Made by a program: the position numbers and the translations under genes
From: Alphaproteobacteria bacterium
GTDB lineage: Bacteria > Pseudomonadota > Alphaproteobacteria > CALKHQ01
Direction: 5' to 3'
Assembly (NCBI GenBank): GCA_965227515.1
Contig: CBDDFZ010000002.1
Coordinates: 1,383,930-1,447,929 of the forward strand
DNA length: 64,000 bases
In this document: positions 43,462 through 55,559 of the stretch, piece after piece
Position numbering within the stretch: position 1 is the first letter of the stretch
Layout: every line of letters starts with the position of its first letter
Notes under the pieces: generated by a model
What the model was told of the DNA's origin: nothing
The model's input: the letters and a program-made list of their open reading frames with translations, nothing else
Databases searched by the model: none

Positions 43462-44523
43462 ATGACGACCGTAGAGGCGCTGGATACACCGGCGGTGACC
43501 ATCCTGCTCGACCGGCTGGAGGCGAACATCGCGCGCATCCAGGCGCACATCACGGGCCATGGCATGGCCAACCGGCCGCACATCAAGACCCACAAGATAC
43601 CGGCCATCGGGGCGATGCAGATGGCGGCGGGCGCGGTGGGGCTGACCTGCCAGAAGCTGGGCGAGGTGGAGGCTTTCGTCGATGAGGGCGTGTGCGACGA
43701 CATCCTGCTCACCTTCAACATTGTGGGCGAGGCCAAGACCGACCGGCTGATGGCCTTGTCGGAGCGTGTCGGGCGGCTGGCGGTCGTGGCCGACAACGAA
43801 GCGGTGATCGCGGGGCTGTCGGCGGCGGGCCAGCGCCACGGCCGCGACGTGCCGCTGCTGATCGAGCTCGATGCCGGCTTCGGGCGCAACGGCGTGACGT
43901 CGCCGGAAGCGGCACGCGACCTCGCCCGGTTCGCCGCCAGCCAGCCGCGCATCCAGTTCGAGGGGGTGATGATCTATCCGAACCAGATCCCCGGCACCGC
44001 CGACTTCGTGTCGCGGACCCTCGACCTGCTGACCGAGGCGAAGATCGAGGTGCCGGTGGTCTCGGGCGGCAGCACGCCGTCGCTGCCGATCATCGAGCGC
44101 TTCCCGATGATGACCGAGCACCGCGCCGGCACCTATGTCTACAACGACGTGATGATGATGCAGTCGGGTGCCGCGGCCTGGGACGACTGCGCCATGCATG
44201 TGCGGGCCACGGTCGTCAGTACGCCGACCGCCGACCGGGTGGTTGTCGACGCAGGCTCGAAGACCCTGACCCGCGAGCAGTTCTACGTCGAGCACTTCGG
44301 GCGGGTGGTGGAGTACCCGGACGCCTTCATCGCCAACCTGTCCGAGGAACACGGCGTGATCGACGTGTCCGCCTGCGACGTCAAGCCCAGGGTGGGGGAG
44401 GCGGTCTCGCTCATCCCCAACCATTGCTGCGTCGTCTCCAACATGGTCGACGAGGTCTATGGCGTGCGCGACGGCGTGGTGGAACTCACCTGGCCGGTCG
44501 CCGCCCGCGGCGCAAGCCGGTAG
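43462..44523 (+). CDS. D-threonine aldolase / D-serine dehydratase-like PLP enzyme (fold type III)
   Basis: LDTPAV, RPHIKTHK (PLP lysine), SGGSTP, EHRAGTYVYND, DAGSK, LSEEHG and PNHCC. Confidence 0.87.
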   Translation: MTTVEALDTPAVTILLDRLEANIARIQAHITGHGMANRPHIKTHKIPAIGAMQMAAGAVGLTCQKLGEVEAFVDEGVCDDILLTFNIVGEAKTDRLMALSERVGRLAVVADNEAVIAGLSAAGQRHGRDVPLLIELDAGFGRNGVTSPEAARDLARFAASQPRIQFEGVMIYPNQIPGTADFVSRTLDLLTEAKIEVPVVSGGSTPSLPIIERFPMMTEHRAGTYVYNDVMMMQSGAAAWDDCAMHVRATVVSTPTADRVVVDAGSKTLTREQFYVEHFGRVVEYPDAFIANLSEEHGVIDVSACDVKPRVGEAVSLIPNHCCVVSNMVDEVYGVRDGVVELTWPVAARGASR

Positions 44524-45612
44524 GATTAGCCTGCGCGAGCGGTATCGTCGCCACGTGCGTGTCGATAGCGGCGACAGCGTCATGAGATAGCGGCAGGTTC
44601 GCCTTTTCCGCCTGCCAGTGCTGGTGGAAAAAAGCGACCGTCTCGTATGCAGTATCCAGCACGAACTTGCGCGCTACCTTGGCGCCGTTGGCCAAGTGGG
44701 CGACTTCGTCCTCGGTGAAGTCCTCGAACCGCTTGGATCGGCTGACATTTAGCGCGGCCTTGGTGTCGGGCGCGTAGGCAACGGTGGATACGAGATCGTA
44801 CGCTGGCGCCAGCGCGGCGCGGCGGCGGTCGGGATAGATCAGCGACCAGTTCTTCAGGTGCGCATCAGCGTTGCCGATCAGCATGTTGAAGGTCAGCCGA
44901 CGGATGAACTCGGCGATGTTGTCATCGGTGCTCTCCGCGGCAATGACGGTGGCGATGTTCCGGTAGTTGGCGTGCTGGTACTTGTCTTCTGGATAGACGC
45001 CGAACACCTGCGCGAAGTCTTCGATGTGAGTGCGCTCGCCGCCGGGCAGCCTGTCGAACCGTCGGATGGCCAGCGCCTGGCCATTCAGCCGTCCAATGCC
45101 TTCGGGCAAATTGCCGACCGATGCCGGATCGACCAGTGCGATGGGTGGTACCTCGATGCCAACCATCGCTGCCAACGTCATCATCGACCACTCGTTCTCC
45201 GACACGCCGTCGAACCGGCTGGACGGCAGCTTGACGATCCAATCGCCGCCCATCCCCTGTGCTGGGATGGTCAGGCCGCCGCTGGCCTCCATGATGGCAG
45301 AGAACTTAAGCTGCACACCGGCGAGTGAGAAACGCAGTGCGTTGTCCTTGTCGATGTCGTTCGCGGAGGTCTCGTCATCCTCCGGGGCGGAGAAGTCACC
45401 CAATGCTCGGATCGAAACTGCGCCTGCGAGGTCGCCGCCAAGAGCGCGCAGAAGTAGGTATTCCCGCATCGGTTTGATGCCAGCGCGCTCGGCCAAGTAG
45501 CTGCGCAGGTGGCCCTCAGGCAGCAGGTTAGCAAAGAATGGGAGCGCCCGGCCCTGGGTCGGGCGGAAGTCCGTCATCAGCTCGCCGAATTGATCGGTGA
45601 AATCCAGCCCTA

Positions 45613-46660
45613 GAGCGGGATCGTTTTATGCGGAAGCGTATCCTGCATTGACGATGTAGTTGTTGCATTCGTGTGGCTGGAACGCGTCGAGTAGTTTTCC
45701 GATACGCCGCCATGTGTCGTCGATGGTGCGCTCTGCGGCGCGCCTGAGCAGGTGCTTGAGCTTGGCGAACACCTGCTCGATGGGATTGAGGTCGGGGCTG
45801 TAGGGCGGCAGGAAGAGCAGCCTTGCGCCGGCTTGGCGCAGGGCGGCCCGTACGGCCTTGCCCTTGTGGCTGCCCAGGTTGTCCATGATGACGATGTCGC
45901 CGGGTTTGAGCGTCGGCACCAGGATTTGCTCGACATAGGCGAGGAAGGCCTGACCGTTAATCGGGCCGTCGAAGACGCACGGTGCGGTGAGCTGGTCGCA
46001 GCGCAGAGCAGCGAGGAAGGTCAGGGTGCGCCAGCGGCCGTGCGGTGCCTTGCCGACGAGGCGCCGGCCGCGCCGGCTCCAGCCCCGCAACGGCGCCATG
46101 TTGGTCTTGGCCCAGGTCTCGTCAATGAAGACCAGGCGGGCGGGATCAAGTTTCGCCTGATGACGCTTCCAGCGCGCGCGGCGCCGCGCCACGTCGGGAC
46201 GATCCTGCTCGCTGGCGAACGCGGTTTTTTTTGAAGCTCAATCCCTCGGCATGCACAAAGCGCCAGATCGCGCCGTAGCTCACCCGGATGCCGCGATCGG
46301 CCAACTCGCGCTGCAAGGAGCGCAAGGGAAGGTGCGGCTCGGCAGCCAAACGAGCCTGCACGAAGTCGCGATGCGGCGCCAATATGATCCGCTTGTGGCC
46401 ACCGACCTTGCCCGGCGCAACGCTCCCGGTGCGCCGATATCGCTGCGACCACTTCACAACCGCAGACACGCTCACATCGAACGCGGATGCCACAGAGCGA
46501 ACCGTCTCACCGGCCATCACCCGGGCAACAGCACGCTCACGAAGATCATTCGAATAGGGTCGACCCATCGCGCCAGCCTCCTCTCAAGACCAACACGTTG
46601 AATCAGATTGCCACCCGAGTCGGGAATCCCCTTTCGATTCTTCCAAAAAAGACCCCGCTC
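45613..46660 (-). mobile_element. IS630 family insertion sequence
   Basis: TA duplication at 45611-45612 and 46661-46662. Terminal inverted repeats GAGCGGG(A/G)TC(G/T)TTTT. Encodes a DDE transposase. Confidence 0.93.
45626..46568 (-). CDS. IS630 transposase in two ORFs, probably joined by a -1 frameshift
   Basis: orfA is an HTH (MGRPYSNDLRER). An A8 run near 46225-46232 (GLSFKK) shifts into orfB, which carries FIDET, IMDNLGSHK and LPPYSPDLNPIE. Confidence 0.88.
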
Positions 46661-46784
46661 TAGTGTTGGCCGTTCCGGGTCGGCAGCATATGTGTCGTCG
46701 AACGCGAACAACGTGCGGTCGCCGCCGACATGGGTCAGTGTTCCAACTGGCTCTCCATGCAACAGAACCTCAAGAACGGCGACG

Positions 46785-47078
46785 TCAGCCATCGTCGTCG
46801 AGGCGGTGAGATCGTTGCGGGCGATCGGGCGTAGCGCCCGACGCGATGCCACGCACTGCAGGCAGCGCGGCACGCGGTACAAGGGTCAGTTCATGACCCA
46901 GTGCGCGCGACAGTTCCACCAATGTGGATAGACGCAGATCCACCGCGCCGCTCTCGATCCGTGAGATCTGCGCCTGGGGTATTCCTGTCATTTCGGATAC
47001 GTCCCGCTGTGACAGGCCCTTGAGGCTGCGCACCGCTCTCAATTGCTGGGCGATGTCCATGGTAGGGGTAGGCATCAT
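46785..47078 (-). CDS. XRE/HipB-like HTH antitoxin
   Basis: 'LRAVRSLKGLSQRDVSEMTGIPQAQISRIESG..DLRLSTL'. Its stop overlaps the hipA start. Confidence 0.85.
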   Translation of the reverse strand: MMPTPTMDIAQQLRAVRSLKGLSQRDVSEMTGIPQAQISRIESGAVDLRLSTLVELSRALGHELTLVPRAALPAVRGIASGATPDRPQRSHRLDDDG

Positions 47079-47218
47079 ATAGAAATCTGCATCATGGTTG
47101 ATCTATGATGCAGAAAAATACATCGATTTGACGTGAAAGCAAGAGGAGTGATGCATCAAAATGCATCAACCGACATTGCTTATGTGTGAAAATGCATCAA
47201 GTCGACAGGGGGCATCGA
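47072..47218. promoter_or_regulatory. Probable autorepression operators of the hipBA-like operon
   Basis: Perfect inverted repeat TCTGCATCAT-N9-ATGATGCAGA (47086-47114), palindrome TGATGCATCA (47149-47158) and further GCATCA half-sites in an AT-rich stretch. Confidence 0.6.
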
Positions 47219-47233
47219 CTCTCAGGCATAGCC

Positions 47234-49006
47234 CTACCGCTTTCTTGGCGGCATCAGGTCGGTGATGGTGCCGTCGAACATCTCCGCGGCGAAGGCGACC
47301 GTCTCCGACAGCGTCGGATGCGGGTGGATGGTCAGCCCGATGTCCTCGGCGTCCGCGCCCATCTCGATGGCGAGCGCCACCTCCGCGATCAGGTCGCCGG
47401 CATTGACGCCGACGATGCCGGCGCCCAGCACCTGCTTGGTCTCCGGGTCGAACAGCAGCTTGGTCATGCCCTCCGACCGGTCGAGCGACAGGGCGCGGCC
47501 CGACGCGGCCCACGGGAACGCGCCCTTGCCGACCTTGATGTCCTTGTCCTTGGCCTCGTTCTCGGTCAGCCCGATCCAGGCGACCTCCGGGTCGGTGTAG
47601 GCGACCGAGGGGATTACCTTGGCGTCGAAATAGCTGTTGTGGCCGGCGGCTGCCTCGGCCGCGGTCTTGCCCTCGTGCACCGCCTTGTGGGCCAGCATCG
47701 GCTGGCCGACGATGTCGCCGATGGCGAAGATGTGGTCGACGTTGGTGCGCATCTGCTTGTCGGTGGCGATGAAGCCGCGGTCGTCGACCTCTACGCCCGC
47801 CTTGTCGGCGTCGATCAGCTTGCCGTTGGGCCTGCGGCCGACCGCGACCAGCACCTTGTCGAAGGTGTCGTTCTCCGGCGCGTCCTTGCCGTCGAAGGTG
47901 ACCTTCAGCCCCTTCTTGGTCGCCTCCACGCCGGTCACCTTGGTGCCGAGCCAGATGTTCTCGTACTGGCCCTTGATCCGCTTCATCAGCGGCGCGATCA
48001 CGTCCTTGTCGGCGCCGGGAATGATCTGGTCCATCAGCTCGACGATGGTCACCTTCGAGCCCAGCTCGTGATAGACGGTCGCCATCTCCAGCCCGATGAT
48101 ACCGCCGCCCAGCACCAGCATTCGCTTGGGGATGTCGGCTAGCTCCAGCGCACCGGTGCTGTCGATCACGCGGTCGTCGTCATGGGGAATGAAGGGCAGG
48201 GTCACCGGCTCGGAGCCGGCGGCGATCACCGCCTGGTCGAAGCTGATGGTGCGGGTATTTCCCTTGGCGTCCTCCACCGCGACCTCGTTGGCCGAGGTGA
48301 ACTTGGCGGTGCCGTGCACCACCTCCACCTTGCGTTGCTTGGCAAGCCCGGCAAGCCCGCCGACCAGGCGCGAGACGACGCCGTCCTTCCACTTCGCCAG
48401 GCTCTTGATGTCGATCTTCGGCTTGGCGAACTTGATGCCGTGGGCGCCCATCTCGCTGCTGTCGGCGATCACCTTGGCGGCGTGCAGCAGCGCCTTGGAG
48501 GGGATGCAGCCGACGTTCAGGCACACGCCGCCCAGCGTCTCCCACCGCTCGATCAGGGTGACCTTCATCCCCAGGTCGGCGGCACGGAACGCGGCCGTAT
48601 AGCCGCCGGGGCCGGCGCCCAGCACCAGCAACTCGGTGTCGTGGTCGCCCGACTTCGGCGGCGCCTTGGCGCTCTCGGCCTTCGGCGCATCGTCCTTGGC
48701 GGGCGCCGCGGCCTTCTCGTCCGCCTTCTCCTCGGCCTTTTTCGGGGCGTCGTCGCCCGCGGAGTCCCCGTCGGCACCTTCCAATGTGCCGATGACATCG
48801 CCTTCGGAGACCTTGTCGCCGACCTTGACCTTCAGGTCCTTGATCCTGCCGGCGGCGGGTGAGGGCACGTCCATCGCCGCCTTGTCGGTCTCCAGCGTGA
48901 TCAGCGGGTCCTCGGCCGCGACCGTGTCGCCGGCCTTGACGTGGACCTCCACGATCTCGACGTCGGAGAAGTCGCCGATATCGGGCACCTTGATGTCGGT
49001 AGGCAT
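47234..49006 (-). CDS. lpdA: Dihydrolipoyl dehydrogenase with an N-terminal lipoyl domain
   Basis: Lipoyl motif LETDKA, GAGPGGY, GGVCLNVGCIPSK, GGGIIGLE and HPHPTLSE. Confidence 0.93.
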   Translation of the reverse strand: MPTDIKVPDIGDFSDVEIVEVHVKAGDTVAAEDPLITLETDKAAMDVPSPAAGRIKDLKVKVGDKVSEGDVIGTLEGADGDSAGDDAPKKAEEKADEKAAAPAKDDAPKAESAKAPPKSGDHDTELLVLGAGPGGYTAAFRAADLGMKVTLIERWETLGGVCLNVGCIPSKALLHAAKVIADSSEMGAHGIKFAKPKIDIKSLAKWKDGVVSRLVGGLAGLAKQRKVEVVHGTAKFTSANEVAVEDAKGNTRTISFDQAVIAAGSEPVTLPFIPHDDDRVIDSTGALELADIPKRMLVLGGGIIGLEMATVYHELGSKVTIVELMDQIIPGADKDVIAPLMKRIKGQYENIWLGTKVTGVEATKKGLKVTFDGKDAPENDTFDKVLVAVGRRPNGKLIDADKAGVEVDDRGFIATDKQMRTNVDHIFAIGDIVGQPMLAHKAVHEGKTAAEAAAGHNSYFDAKVIPSVAYTDPEVAWIGLTENEAKDKDIKVGKGAFPWAASGRALSLDRSEGMTKLLFDPETKQVLGAGIVGVNAGDLIAEVALAIEMGADAEDIGLTIHPHPTLSETVAFAAEMFDGTITDLMPPRKR

Positions 49007-49051
49007 TGGGTTCTCCTGCCGGATGTGCGGGGCGGGCGTGAGGCGGCCGGA

Positions 49052-50359
49052 CTACAGCACCAGCCGGCGTACGTCCTCCAGCACATGGCACAAATGGCGG
49101 GTGAAGCGGGCGGCGAGCGCGCCGTCGATCACCCGATGGTCGTAGGACAGGCACACCGGCAACATGTTGCGCGGCTTGAAGGCCTTGCCGTCCCAAACCG
49201 GGCTGATCTTGGAGCGCACCACGCCCAGGATCGCCACCTCGGGCGCGTTGACGATGGGCGAGAAGTGGGTACCACCGATGCCGCCCAGGCTGGAGATGGT
49301 GAAGCTGGCGCCCTGCATGTCGGCCGCCGACAGCTTGCCGTCGCGGGCGCGTTGGCTGACCTCGCCAAGCTCCTTGCTGATCTGGTCGACGCCCTTGCGG
49401 TCGACGTCGCGGATCACCGGCACCACCAGCCCGTCCGGCGTGTCGACGGCGATGCCGATGTGGACGTACTTCTTCAGGATCAGGCTGTCCTTCTCGGCAT
49501 TCAGCGAGCTGTTGACGGTGGGGAACTGGCGCAGCGCCGACACCGACGCCTTCATCAGGAACGACAGCAGGGTGACGCGGTAGCCCTTTTCCTTCGCCGC
49601 CGTGTCCAGCTCCTTGCGATAGCCGTCGGTCTCGGTGATGTCGGCCTCGTCGGCGTGGGTGACCGCCGGCACGTTCAGCCAGGCGCGATGCAGGTGCGGG
49701 CCGCTGATCTTCTTGATGCGCGGCAGCGCCACGGTCTCGACCTCGCCGAACTGGGTGAAGTCGGGCACCGGCACTTCCGGAATGCCGGCACCGCCCGTGG
49801 CCGCCGCGGCTGGAGCGCCACCGCCGCCGGACAGGTGCGCTTTCACGTCGTCCTTGGTGATGCGGCCCTTGTCGCCGGAGCCCTTCACCTTGGTCAGGTC
49901 GACGTCGAGCTCGCGGGCCAGGCGGCGGACCGAGGGGCTAGCATTGACGTTGCCGAAGTCGATGCCGGCGGGCGGCGGCAGGCCGCTGTCGACGGTGGCG
50001 GGGCGCGGCGCGTCATCGCCCGATGCGCTGCTGGCCTTTGCCGGCTCTTCCGCCTTGCTGGCCTCGGCAGTGTCGTGCGCCTCCGGCTCCTCGGCGGCGT
50101 GCTTCGGGCCGTCACCGTCCTCGGCACCTTCCAGCACCAGGATCGACGAACCTTCGGAGACGCGGTCGCCAACCTTCACCTTGAGCTGCTTGACCGTGCC
50201 GCTCATCGGCGAGGGCACCTCCATCGAGGCCTTGTCGGTCTCCAGGGTGATCAGCGGGTCGTCGAAATGCACGCTGTCGCCCTCGGCCACCAGCACCTCC
50301 ACGATCTCCACATCCGTGAAGTCGCCGATATCCGGCACCTTTACGTCTTCGCTCGCCAT
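49052..50359 (-). CDS. aceF: Pyruvate dehydrogenase E2 (dihydrolipoamide acetyltransferase)
   Basis: Single lipoyl domain ETDKAS, E3-binding 'ASPSVRRLARE..GRITKDD', and catalytic DHRVIDG. Confidence 0.92.
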   Translation of the reverse strand: MASEDVKVPDIGDFTDVEIVEVLVAEGDSVHFDDPLITLETDKASMEVPSPMSGTVKQLKVKVGDRVSEGSSILVLEGAEDGDGPKHAAEEPEAHDTAEASKAEEPAKASSASGDDAPRPATVDSGLPPPAGIDFGNVNASPSVRRLARELDVDLTKVKGSGDKGRITKDDVKAHLSGGGGAPAAAATGGAGIPEVPVPDFTQFGEVETVALPRIKKISGPHLHRAWLNVPAVTHADEADITETDGYRKELDTAAKEKGYRVTLLSFLMKASVSALRQFPTVNSSLNAEKDSLILKKYVHIGIAVDTPDGLVVPVIRDVDRKGVDQISKELGEVSQRARDGKLSAADMQGASFTISSLGGIGGTHFSPIVNAPEVAILGVVRSKISPVWDGKAFKPRNMLPVCLSYDHRVIDGALAARFTRHLCHVLEDVRRLVL

Positions 50360-50391
50360 GAAAGTCTCCCTCCCCAGTGCTGCCCGCGCCG

Positions 50392-53061
<2,670 letters not shown>

Positions 53062-53158
53062 GTTGCTCACCTGGTGGTTGGGCTGGCGCCGGCACGGGTT
53101 CTAATGATGGTAGCCGTTCCTTGGCAGGCAAGGAAACCCGGGTGTTGGTTGGTAGTTC

Positions 53159-53246
53159 GGTTTCGGGGACAGTTTACTAAATTCAGGGAGTTAGAGCCCG
53201 GCCGTGCAGAATGGCGAATGGAATTTAGTAAACTGTCCCCGAAACC
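53159..53246. repeat. Perfect 26-bp inverted repeat with a 36-nt spacer (MITE/REPIN-like)
   Basis: GGTTTCGGGGACAGTTTACTAAATTC (53159-53184) is the exact reverse complement of 53221-53246. Confidence 0.8.
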
Positions 53247-53248
53247 TT

Positions 53249-55543
53249 TCACTCCGCGTCGCTGCTCTGCAATTGTGCCTCGACCACCGCGATGGCGGCC
53301 AGGTTCAGCAGCCCGCGTGTGGTCAGCGAGCGGGTCGCAATGTGGATCGGCTTTGCCGCGCCGAGCAGGATGGGGCCGACCGAAACGCCGCCGCCAAGCT
53401 GTTTCAACAGGTTGAAGGCGATGTTGGCCGCATCCAGGTTGGGCATGATCCAGAGGTTGGCCTCACCGGCCAATGTGGCGCGGGGAAACTCGCGCTGCCG
53501 CAGCGCTTCCGACAGCGCCACGTCGCCGTGCATCTCACCATCGACCATCAGGTCCGGCTGCTCGGCCTTCAGCAGGGCGACCGCGGCGCGCACCCGCTTG
53601 GCGCCGGGCGTGTTCCGGCTGCCGAAGTTCGAGGCCGACAGGAAGGCGATCCGCGGCTCGATGCCGAACCGGCGCACCTCCTCGGCGGCGAGCCGCCCGA
53701 GCTCGGCCAGTTCCTGCGCCGTCGGCTCGTCGGACACATAGGTGTCGCACACGAAGTAGGTGCCCGATGGCAGGATCAGCGCATTCAAGGTGGAGAGGTC
53801 GCGCACGCCGCGCGCCCGGCCGATGATGCGCTCAACCGTGCGCAACTCGCCGTAGAAGCGCGGCACCGGGCCGACGATGGCGGCATCGACGTCGCCGCAT
53901 TCCAGCAGGATGCAGGAGAGCGCCGTGGCGTCGGTTTGCAGCATCGGCAGCGGATCGCTGGGCGACATGCCCTGGCGCCAGTGGCGCTCGTACAGGCGCT
54001 CGACAAGCTCTGAGTCGGCGGCAATCGTGGCGGGGTCGATGATCTCGATCTCCGCGCCCAAAGGCAGCTTCAGTCCCACCGACCGCGCCTTCTCGGCAAT
54101 GGCGTCCGGGTTGCCGAGCAGCACCGGACGGGCGATCCGCTCGGCCAGCACCTGCTGAACGGTGTAGAGCACACGCTCGCTGTCGCCGCGCGCGAACAGC
54201 AGGCGCCGCGGATTGCTCTGTGCCGCCTCGAAGATCGGCCGCATCAGGTTGCCCGAGCGGAACACGAACCGGCTGAGCTTCTGGTCGTAGGCTTCGAAAT
54301 CCTCGATCGGCCGCCGGGCGACACCGCTCTCCATCGCGGCTTTCGCCACGGCTGGCGCGACTTCCAGGATCAGTCGGTCGTCGAACGGCTTCGGCAGGAT
54401 GTAGTCGCGCCCGAACCGCAGCGGCGCGCCGGAGTAGGCGTTCGCCACCATCTCGGAGACACCGGCGCGGGCCAGGGCCGCGATGGCGCGCACACATGCG
54501 TGCTTCATCGGCTCGTTGATCGTGGTGGCACCGACGTCGAGCGCGCCACGGAAGATGAACGGGAAGCACAGAACGTTGTTGACCTGGTTCGGAAAGTCCG
54601 ACCGGCCGGTGCAGATGATGGCGTCGGGGCGGGCCTCGCGGGCCAGCTCCGGCCGGATCTCCGGGTCGGGGTTCGCCATTGCCAGGATCAACGGGTCGCG
54701 CGCCATGGTCTTCACCATTGCGGGCTTCAGCACGTTGGCGGCGGAAAGCCCCAGGAAGACGTCGGCACCGTCGACCGCGTCGGCCAGCGTGCGGTCCGGC
54801 GTGTCGACCGCGTATCGCGCCTTGTAGGGGTCCATCTGCTCGGTGCGGCCCTCGAAGACCACGCCGACGATGTCGCAGACGGTGATGTTGGCCTTGGTGA
54901 GCCCCAGGCTGACCAGCAGGTCGAGGCAGGCGAGTGCGGCGGCGCCGGCACCGCACGCGACCAGCCGCACGTCCTCGATCTTCTTGTCGACCAGCTCCAG
55001 CGCGTTGAGGATGGCGGCGGACGCGACAATCGCAGTGCCGTGCTGGTCGTCGTGGAAGACCGGGATCTTCATCCGCTCGCGCAGGCGCGCCTCGACCTCG
55101 AAGCACTCGGGCGCCTTGATGTCTTCCAGGTTGATGCCGCCGAAGGTGGGCTCCAGCCGGGCAATGGTCTCGATCAGCATCCCCGGATCGTTCTCGTCGA
55201 TCTCGATGTCGAAGACGTCGATGCCGGCGAACTTCTTGAACAGGGCGGCCTTGCCTTCCATCACCGGCTTGCCGGCCAGCGCCCCGATGTTGCCGAGGCC
55301 GAGCACCGCGGTGCCGTTGGAAATGACCGCGACCAGATTGCCGCGCGAGGTCAGCTCCAGGTTGGTGTCGGGCTCGTCGCGGATCGCCAGGCACGCGGCT
55401 GCGACGCCGGGCGAGTACGCCAGCGAAAGGTCGCGCTGGGTCGCCAGCGGCTTGGTTGGCTGGATGGCGAGCTTGCCGGGCGGATCGGCCCGGTGATAGG
55501 CCAGTGCCGCCTTGTCGAGTTCGTGGTCTGGATCGTCGGTCAT
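53249..55543 (-). CDS. maeB: NADP-dependent malic enzyme with a PTA-like domain
   Basis: [36 protein letters not shown] and [12 protein letters not shown]-terminal '[16 protein letters not shown]'. Confidence 0.93.
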   Translation of the reverse strand: MTDDPDHELDKAALAYHRADPPGKLAIQPTKPLATQRDLSLAYSPGVAAACLAIRDEPDTNLELTSRGNLVAVISNGTAVLGLGNIGALAGKPVMEGKAALFKKFAGIDVFDIEIDENDPGMLIETIARLEPTFGGINLEDIKAPECFEVEARLRERMKIPVFHDDQHGTAIVASAAILNALELVDKKIEDVRLVACGAGAAALACLDLLVSLGLTKANITVCDIVGVVFEGRTEQMDPYKARYAVDTPDRTLADAVDGADVFLGLSAANVLKPAMVKTMARDPLILAMANPDPEIRPELAREARPDAIICTGRSDFPNQVNNVLCFPFIFRGALDVGATTINEPMKHACVRAIAALARAGVSEMVANAYSGAPLRFGRDYILPKPFDDRLILEVAPAVAKAAMESGVARRPIEDFEAYDQKLSRFVFRSGNLMRPIFEAAQSNPRRLLFARGDSERVLYTVQQVLAERIARPVLLGNPDAIAEKARSVGLKLPLGAEIEIIDPATIAADSELVERLYERHWRQGMSPSDPLPMLQTDATALSCILLECGDVDAAIVGPVPRFYGELRTVERIIGRARGVRDLSTLNALILPSGTYFVCDTYVSDEPTAQELAELGRLAAEEVRRFGIEPRIAFLSASNFGSRNTPGAKRVRAAVALLKAEQPDLMVDGEMHGDVALSEALRQREFPRATLAGEANLWIMPNLDAANIAFNLLKQLGGGVSVGPILLGAAKPIHIATRSLTTRGLLNLAAIAVVEAQLQSSDAE

Positions 55544-55559
55544 TTGGGGGTAGAGGCGC

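Larger units (their letters stand above)
44486..46792 (-). pseudogene. hipA: HipA family kinase toxin interrupted by IS630
   Basis: The N-terminal part (46661-46792, MADVAVLEVLLHGEPVGTL...ERPTL) rejoins in frame to GLDFTDQFGELMTDFRP once the IS and one TA are removed. Motifs SLAGVQLK, GNADAHLKN and APAYD. Confidence 0.88.

Noticed and set aside
44486-45577. 363-aa ORF taken as an intact hipA
   Set aside because: The true N-terminus lies on the far side of the IS630 element (46661-46792).
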